64,000 nt of DNA, taken from Phoronis australis (Eukaryota; Animalia; Phoronida). Made by a program: the position numbers and the translations under genes. Positions within the stretch are counted from its first letter, which is position 1, and each line of letters opens with the position of its first letter. Below are positions 37,537-64,000 of this stretch, one piece after another. Where the stretch lies: the NCBI GenBank assembly GCA_002633005.1, contig NMRA01000129.1, forward strand, positions 310,628 through 374,627. Direction: 5' to 3'. A model generated the notes under the pieces. That model did not search any database and had not been told where the DNA came from. It saw only the letters and a list, made by a program, of their open reading frames with translations.

Positions 37537-39149
37537 GTAATTAGAAAGCAAGATGATACATTCTTACGTTAAAATTGTCATATTTTTTTGGTTACTGGCC
37601 GTAAAAGCCTAGAGCCAATGAATATCATGCGAGATAGGGAACATAACGACACAACGCCGATTTCTTGTGTTTTGACCGTCATTTGTTGTGTCTGTCGAGT
37701 CACTTGAGTGCCGCTATCCTTATTTGTATTTTTACTTGTATCTGTATGGGAATGTCGTTATAACGTCTGAGGAGAAATCACTGCGATACGTGATGTTCAG
37801 AACTGATGTGGTTGTTTCACATATCACTTTGACTCGTGTGTAAACAAATGGCAAAAGTTTTGCTACGAGTACGATTACGAGTATTGTACTTAACCACTCG
37901 AATCCCGAGAACTACTTGGCCTAGTTGTGGCAGCGTTGGTAATCCTCATCCAACCTATAGTTATTGCTGGGAACTGAAGATAACTTGAGGGGAAACATAC
38001 TGAAAACCAGAAAGTCCAACATGTTATGACTTACCTGTCAATTGAATTAAATGCTTTTTGGTTTGGATATGTTCAATTCTCCCAGACCATTTTGAAGCCA
38101 ACTTGGGTCAACTATAATGAGCTTTTTGTTTAAAACTCCATGTCCAGGGGCGGATCCAGGATTTTTTACAAGGGGGGTTCAGATCAAGGATCAACAATTT
38201 GAAAACTCTAGATTTGATAGTTCTAAAATCAAGGGAAAAAAGAAGGTCCACAGGGCTCGACATAACGAGCTGCAGGTCGCATTTGCGACCTGAAATTTGG
38301 AAATGCGAGCTGAGATTTTTGTCAGCTCGTATAAAGTCACAAAATGCGACCTGGAATTTCCAACGAATGCGAGCTGAGTTTTTACACTTCTCAACAGATA
38401 CCTGGCAAATACAAAGCAGCTCTTGTTAATCCGACCGTTATTTGGTTGTTGCCAAATACAAGTTCAAAAGAACACTAACAGGCCTCCCGATGACTTGTAA
38501 GCAAGTCGCGTGATCATGGGATATGCANCTTAGAATCACGGCACACTAGAGAGGACGGCACATTGCTTATTAGGGTGTTCATGTGAGTTTCCCAGGGCAT
38601 CCATAACCAATGGATATGTGGCTGGTTTTCATGACCCTAAGTCAAAGTGCAGTTATTGTAGTATATTACTGTGGAGACGTGGCGCTAATAAGCTCCCAAA
38701 GCTGCTGTTCACAAAGTTAAGAGATACTCAGTACCAGGGCTTAGGCATCCTAATGCTGAACAGTGCTTCCTAGCTAGGATGTCTTAATTTGAATCGGGGT
38801 TTCTATGTGGCAGCCAATTACTCGTCTCACAGAGCTGAAAGCCATCAAAACGTTTTCACAAAATTGTGAAATGAACATAAATTGAAAGAATTGGAGGAAA
38901 ATGCTTGTTCAGTGTGTTAGTACAATGTGAACCATATTCCCTTGGTATTTTTGGGGAACCTTAAATGGTCTTAGTGGTTATATTAAGATTACTTCAATGA
39001 CTAACCATATGGATGGCCTAGGCGCATGCATGATGGCCTGGCGGCATGTTGCCAGTTGGCTAGTGTTCCTGAGAGACACTTTATGACACAACTGGAAATC
39101 TCGTAATTTCACCACTTGTACATGCTCCTTCCGGTCTGACAGAACAGAG

Positions 39150-40398
39150 CCTGGCATCAGCAATCAATGGAACATCAGGAATATCCGCTACTCAATCTCC
39201 AAAACCCTTTGATGTATGTTCATGAAATTCGGTGCATTTGCTCCTTTCATGGATGGGACAGCAAGAGCGCACTGTCAGACAGATCGGACCTCTGGTGTGC
39301 CCCCCTAGTGGCAATTTTAGATTTTTACGTTTACCTCTCTATCTTCAAAATTTGGTTTATATAGGCATCTATTAGTGAGATGATGCTATCCTCCCATTTT
39401 CGGATGGATTCGACGTAGTGTGTGCCACCTGGTGGCCATTTTTACTGTTTTGGAGTCCGTGTTTTGGCGTCCACACCTATCAACCAAACCGCTCTAAGGA
39501 TGATAGTGAAAATTGGCATGTATGTTCTTACTACAAAGAGGATGGCTGAGGATGATTTTCCGACCATTTTGACTAATGTAGCGCCTCCTAGTATCAGTTT
39601 TTTGCACCCATGGCTGTATCTCTTAAAGCATTTGCAGGATCCTCATTAAATTTAGCAAGTGTATTTATATGATGTTGATAACGGACGACGACAACTTTCC
39701 GATGAATCTCACTTGCGGCGAATTTAGTTTTTTAGGTTTACATCTATCTTCAAAGGTCCTCAACAGATTTTCAGAAAATTTGGAATATATAGGCATCTAT
39801 TGGTGAGATGACCCTGTCATCTCGTTTTCAGATGGACTCAAGGTACTTAGCGCCATCTAGTGGCCATTTTGGTGTTTTCGAGTCTGTATTTTGGCATCCA
39901 CCCCTCAATCAACCAAGTCATTCTAAGGATGGTTTTGAAAATTGGCGTATATGTTCTCAGTGTGAAGAGGACAGTTGACGATGACGACTTCGACTACTGT
40001 GGTGCCTCCTGTGGTAGTTTTATTTTCTTTTGTTTTGCGCCCACAGCTGTATCTCCTAAACCCACTGCAGGTTCTTTATTAAATTTAGTAATTGTATTTA
40101 TATGAAGCTAACAACAGACAGCGACATCTTTCAGATGGATGCACAGAACGCTGTGCTCCATAGTGGTAATTTCATTTTTTCAGTTTTCCTTTGTTTCTCT
40201 GAAGTTTCTTGACAGATTTTTATGAAATTTGGTAAATCGCTTTCTATTAAAGAAGCGATGACATGTTCCCGTTTTCAGATAGATTTGATGTTTTTGCGCC
40301 ATCTAGTGGCCATTTTTGATAATACAAATAAACACTTAAGAAGCACACCGTTTGCGGTGCATTCGTGGGTATATTTCAATGCTCCCCATTGCTCTTGT
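39150..40398 (+). mobile_element. Non-autonomous Helentron/Helitron-like element with internal subrepeats
   Basis: Homologous to 54700-56402. 3' hairpin GCACACCGTTTGCGGTGC followed by CTTGTT. Repeated AAATTTGG / CCCCTAGTGGC units. Confidence 0.7.
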
Positions 40399-42040
40399 TA
40401 TTTTTTATGACTGTGCTAAAGGCCCAGTCCAGGAATATCCCAAAAAGTCGCGCAGGTCTGTTCGCTATCCCTTTGTCCCTAGAAGAAGAGTGCCATTTGA
40501 CTTCCACTGGTCTTGAGTCAGCCTGTTTTGGGCACAAAAGTTTTGATAAACCTTTAACGAGTCTATGGTGGAGTCACACCCTGGTCCTCGACATGAATTA
40601 GTCAGCCAATGAGTGGATCAGAGAATATCGTGTATTAAATGTGACTCTTCCGAAAGTCTCTTAACTTCACCTCACCTTGAACTTAACTTCAAAGGGGCTT
40701 GTAGTCTGTTTCATGAAAAGTGCGTGGCTTTTATAGGTCAGAAATTCGTCTGATCTCGTTTCCTCGCAACTATTTCTGAAAAATATTTTTAAAAGTCTCA
40801 CTTTCAAGAGCAATAAAACGGAGTCTCTTGTAATGTGCACCTAACAGCTACGGTAGTTACTAAGATAATTTCTAAAATTATTTCTAGACTATAATACAGT
40901 TGTCTCACAATTACTTGGCTGAACCTGTATTCTGCAGCTGTCAGGTGGGAGCACATGACGAAATTTCTGTCTAAGTCTCACATTTTCATGTAACGGGGTC
41001 CCTAGGTTCTATTCCAGATTATGGGTGTGGAATTCTTGTCCACAGATCTACTACATCCCAGTTGTTTTGACTGCCTGCATATAATGCTAAGGTCATCTAT
41101 TTTCTACATTCCATAGGAGTGTACAGCAAAAGCTGGCATGCTGCTCACTTGGCATAACAAAACCCTTGATTAGAGATGACTGCTGACCCCGCAGCTGTTC
41201 TGCTGGCAAGTTGGTTGAATCTGTGTTGTGCTAGATCACCATGTCTGTCTGCAGCTAAAGGCAGAGAACATGTGTATTAGAAACCTGGCTCCTTTCACCT
41301 TCCGTGGTACCTGGTATAATTCCCAGTAATAGTCACTGAGGTCCTGCATTTTGGGAACCAGTTTTCTCTACTGCATAATGGCATCAAACTCTTGAAATGG
41401 GGGATGGCCATAAGTGACAATTACCCAATTCCCAATAGAAAAGTTGAAGACTGTGGGCACCAATAGCTGACATTATCACAGGTGATGGTCTAAGTTCCTT
41501 TTGTGCGGAGTGCAGGGGTGGGGGTACTGAATTAGTGATGATGGATGTCATGGCAACAAAGTGTTGACTGAGATTAACTCTTTGAAGCCTGGTAAAAATT
41601 GACTATTGTCTTAGCCTTACTAGTATAGGAGCACTTGGCAATAGGCCAGATTTGATATCCGCATTTTGAAAGCTGCCCTAGTCTGTAATAACTACTGAAT
41701 GCTGTGGAAGGTGATTTATTGGTTTAAAATATTGCTTTCATCACTAGGTCTTCTAAAACACGTATGAATTTAAAAAGAACTCTGAATATATTTTGCTTTG
41801 TCATGTTCCGACCTTGTAAGTGCAACGGCTTTTCAACTGAAGGTCTGACATTGATTTTGCTGAATTTAATTGTTTCCCATAAAGTGGAAAACGACAGTCT
41901 AAAATGTTATTTAAACATTCTAAGTATTTAGCTGTAATTTGAGAAAACTGTGTTATGCCTCAAGCTGTGTCAGTGTCACTGTTTACTTTACTCATCCGGT
42001 TAATTATGTACATGAATGAAACAAAAGAAATGGCAATATA

Positions 42041-42199
42041 CCGTAATCGTTCGGGTTAACGCCCTGGGCGGTTAAATTGGCGAATCCAAAAAATCGGGGG
42101 AGGGCGGTTAACCGAGCAGTGGGCGGTTAAATCGAAACTCCACTTAAAGTCGGGGATGGGCGGTTAACTGAGCATGGGCATTAACCCGAACGATTACAG
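42041..42199. mobile_element. Tc1/mariner(pogo)-type MITE with TA TSD
   Basis: TIRs CCGTAATCGTTCGGGTTAA / TTAACCCGAACGATTACAG flanked by TA. An orphan end of the same family lies at about 43312-43350. Confidence 0.8.
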
Positions 42200-42957
42200 T
42201 ATGTCAATTTGCAAAGCCAGTACAACTGGTAAAGATTCTTCAGAGACAAATAGTGTTGCTATTGTTTTATCGTTGTACTATAGTCCTTCTAGTTACTTTA
42301 ATTTTGTCCCAATTTTGTTTGGTGGTAGATGTAGCACCCTAAAAATCCAAACTGAAGTAAAAGCTATTTGTGTTTTAATTTTGTCAAGCCTGAGAAACTT
42401 GGAAACGTGAAAGTTCACTTTTCCGGACGTATTGTGTCCTGAAACTGAATAATGTTTACTATGAGGCTGTATGTTCCAACTGTTTGTAGTGTATTGTGAC
42501 CCTCTACCCAGCTGTAAGACGTTCTGGCTTTGACAGAAATACCTTTCTGTTGGTTTCAGTAGCCAGTGTATGTCAGGAGTCTGTGGTGGAAGTGAGGCAT
42601 TATGGGTAAACAACATAGTTATTTTTGTGGGCATCTCATTGGGACAAAGCCTAAAAGTCTTACCTGGTCAGAAATTGATTCCCAAATTGCTTGTGCATGA
42701 CACAAGTCAATTACCACGGCCCCAAAAGGGCCACTATCTCGGAGACAACTCAGACAAGCATTGTGCCTGTCAGTTTTTATTTACATGTCCGCATTACGAT
42801 TTTTTTTTCGGTGCAATTGTAAAAACTTGAGTCTTATCGACATAATGACAAATGGCAATCTAATTTTTAACATAAATTAGTGATTAACGCGACAGCAGTG
42901 TATGGGACAACTGTCCGATGTATGTGGACCATTGGGTGTAAATACCAGAAAATCAGG

Positions 42958-43128
42958 GATGGTGCTGTCGACGTTGCGGTCAGATGGTGCTGTAGTGTTG
43001 CGGTCAGATGGTGCTGTAGTGTTGCGGTCAGATGGTGCTGTAGTGTTGCAGTCAGATGGTGCTGTAGTGTTGCAGTCAGATGGTGCTGTAAGTGTTGCGG
43101 TCAGATGGTGCTGTAGTGTTGCGGTCAG
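42958..43128. repeat. 24-bp minisatellite (GATGGTGCTGTAGTGTTGCGGTCA)n, followed by a (CAC)n tract to about 43300
   Basis: About 7 tandem copies. Confidence 0.9.
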
Positions 43129-43699
43129 TGCCTGTTATTCTGACTCACCACCACATGATATTACCACAACCACACCTCCCCACACATCATGACTACTACC
43201 ACCACCACACCTCCCACACCACCACCACAACCACCACAACCACCATCACACCATCTCAACTACCACCACTCCATCACCACCATGCCACCACCATCACCAA
43301 TGTGCCCGCCAGTTTAATCGCCCAGGGCGTTACCCCGAACGTTTACGGTAAAAAAAATTCTCATTCCAAACCACGGCGACACCACGATTCTGCGGTATTT
43401 ACACCACAGTTCTGCACATTTGTAGTTGTTTCCATGTCCATGAATATTTTATATCAAAATTTGTCTGTCAGTTGTCATTCTAACACGCATAAACAGGAAC
43501 TGTTGAGTAAGTTTCAACAGTTTGACAAGCTGAGTGGAGCACAACACATCACTTAACAGTTCAAAGTCAGCTCTGATCTTAGGAATGTTAGCAGGCCCAA
43601 CTTTCGAAATCCAGGTCAACGCTGCAGTGCATTTTTCTGACTCCTAAAACAGTTGAATTCTGTGCTTGTCATTTTAGATGTCTGTGTGATACCAAGGTG

Positions 43700-63520
<19,821 letters not shown>

Positions 63521-64000
63521 TAAATGCAGCCATCCATGCATGTTTTAGTTTTATGTAACTATCTGCTGATTATCCAGAAAATTGTTTGGTGGATTAGGGA
63601 TGTGTCGACAGAAGTCATTTTTCAGACAGATTCGACTGACACAGCTTTCTCGGTTGTCCATTTTCAGCGAGATTTGCCATGTCTGTCGATTGTTGTCAAA
63701 ACGAACACAAGCAATTATTGTTGGATGTGCTGGATGCAGTCGAATTTAGGATAAATTTAATTTCCAAAGCACCAATTGATAACCGGGGTCATAAGTGGAG
63801 TGGTGTTGGACTTAATGAATGTGCGTAATGTAAATACTAGGCCTTAAAATCACATCAAGCTCTGTGATTCTTTAAAGTGCGCAAGACCACCATTTACCTT
63901 GTTTTGATTAGTTACTACTGTACACTGTCAACATCATCAAACCCCACGGTCATATTTGTGACGTATAGTGTGCCATGTCCACCAACACGCAAGATTTCTT

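Noticed and set aside
42880-43556. Repetitive ORFs (VAVRWCCS, His/Thr-rich)
   Set aside because: Products of a 24-bp minisatellite and a (CAC)n tract.

Overview
Eukaryotic, intron-rich and repeat-rich genomic window, probably from a marine invertebrate bilaterian (inference from GT-AG introns, a CDKL5 orthologue, CTCF-like motifs and the element families). It is a draft assembly with single-n joins flanked by duplicated sequence. Genes: (1) TIMM8 on + with an intronless CDS at 1290-1538. (2) Two paralogous three-exon genes on - (about 3.4-8.5 kb and 22.9-26.9 kb), only partly visible in the ORF track. They encode 102-aa and 115-aa prepropeptides: signal peptide, pro-region with RDVQMA, RxxR furin-type site, and a mature peptide with a Cys-Cys loop. 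They share a conserved TATA promoter and upstream sequence, and I do not recognise the family. (3) The first eight coding exons of CDKL5 on + (43700-63469, continuing beyond the window). (4) A secreted coiled-coil/olfactomedin gene nested antisense in a CDKL5 intron, with an intact OLF exon but three +1 frameshifts in exon 1. Mobile DNA includes a hairpin element with a tRNA-like module whose internal segment is complementary to its own end-to-start junction, a Penelope GIY-YIG remnant with a hammerhead ribozyme, Helentron-like elements carrying CTCF-like motif arrays, 5-bp-TSD MITEs, CR1/L2 LINE ends and several tandem repeats. All calls come from manual reading; no searches were run.
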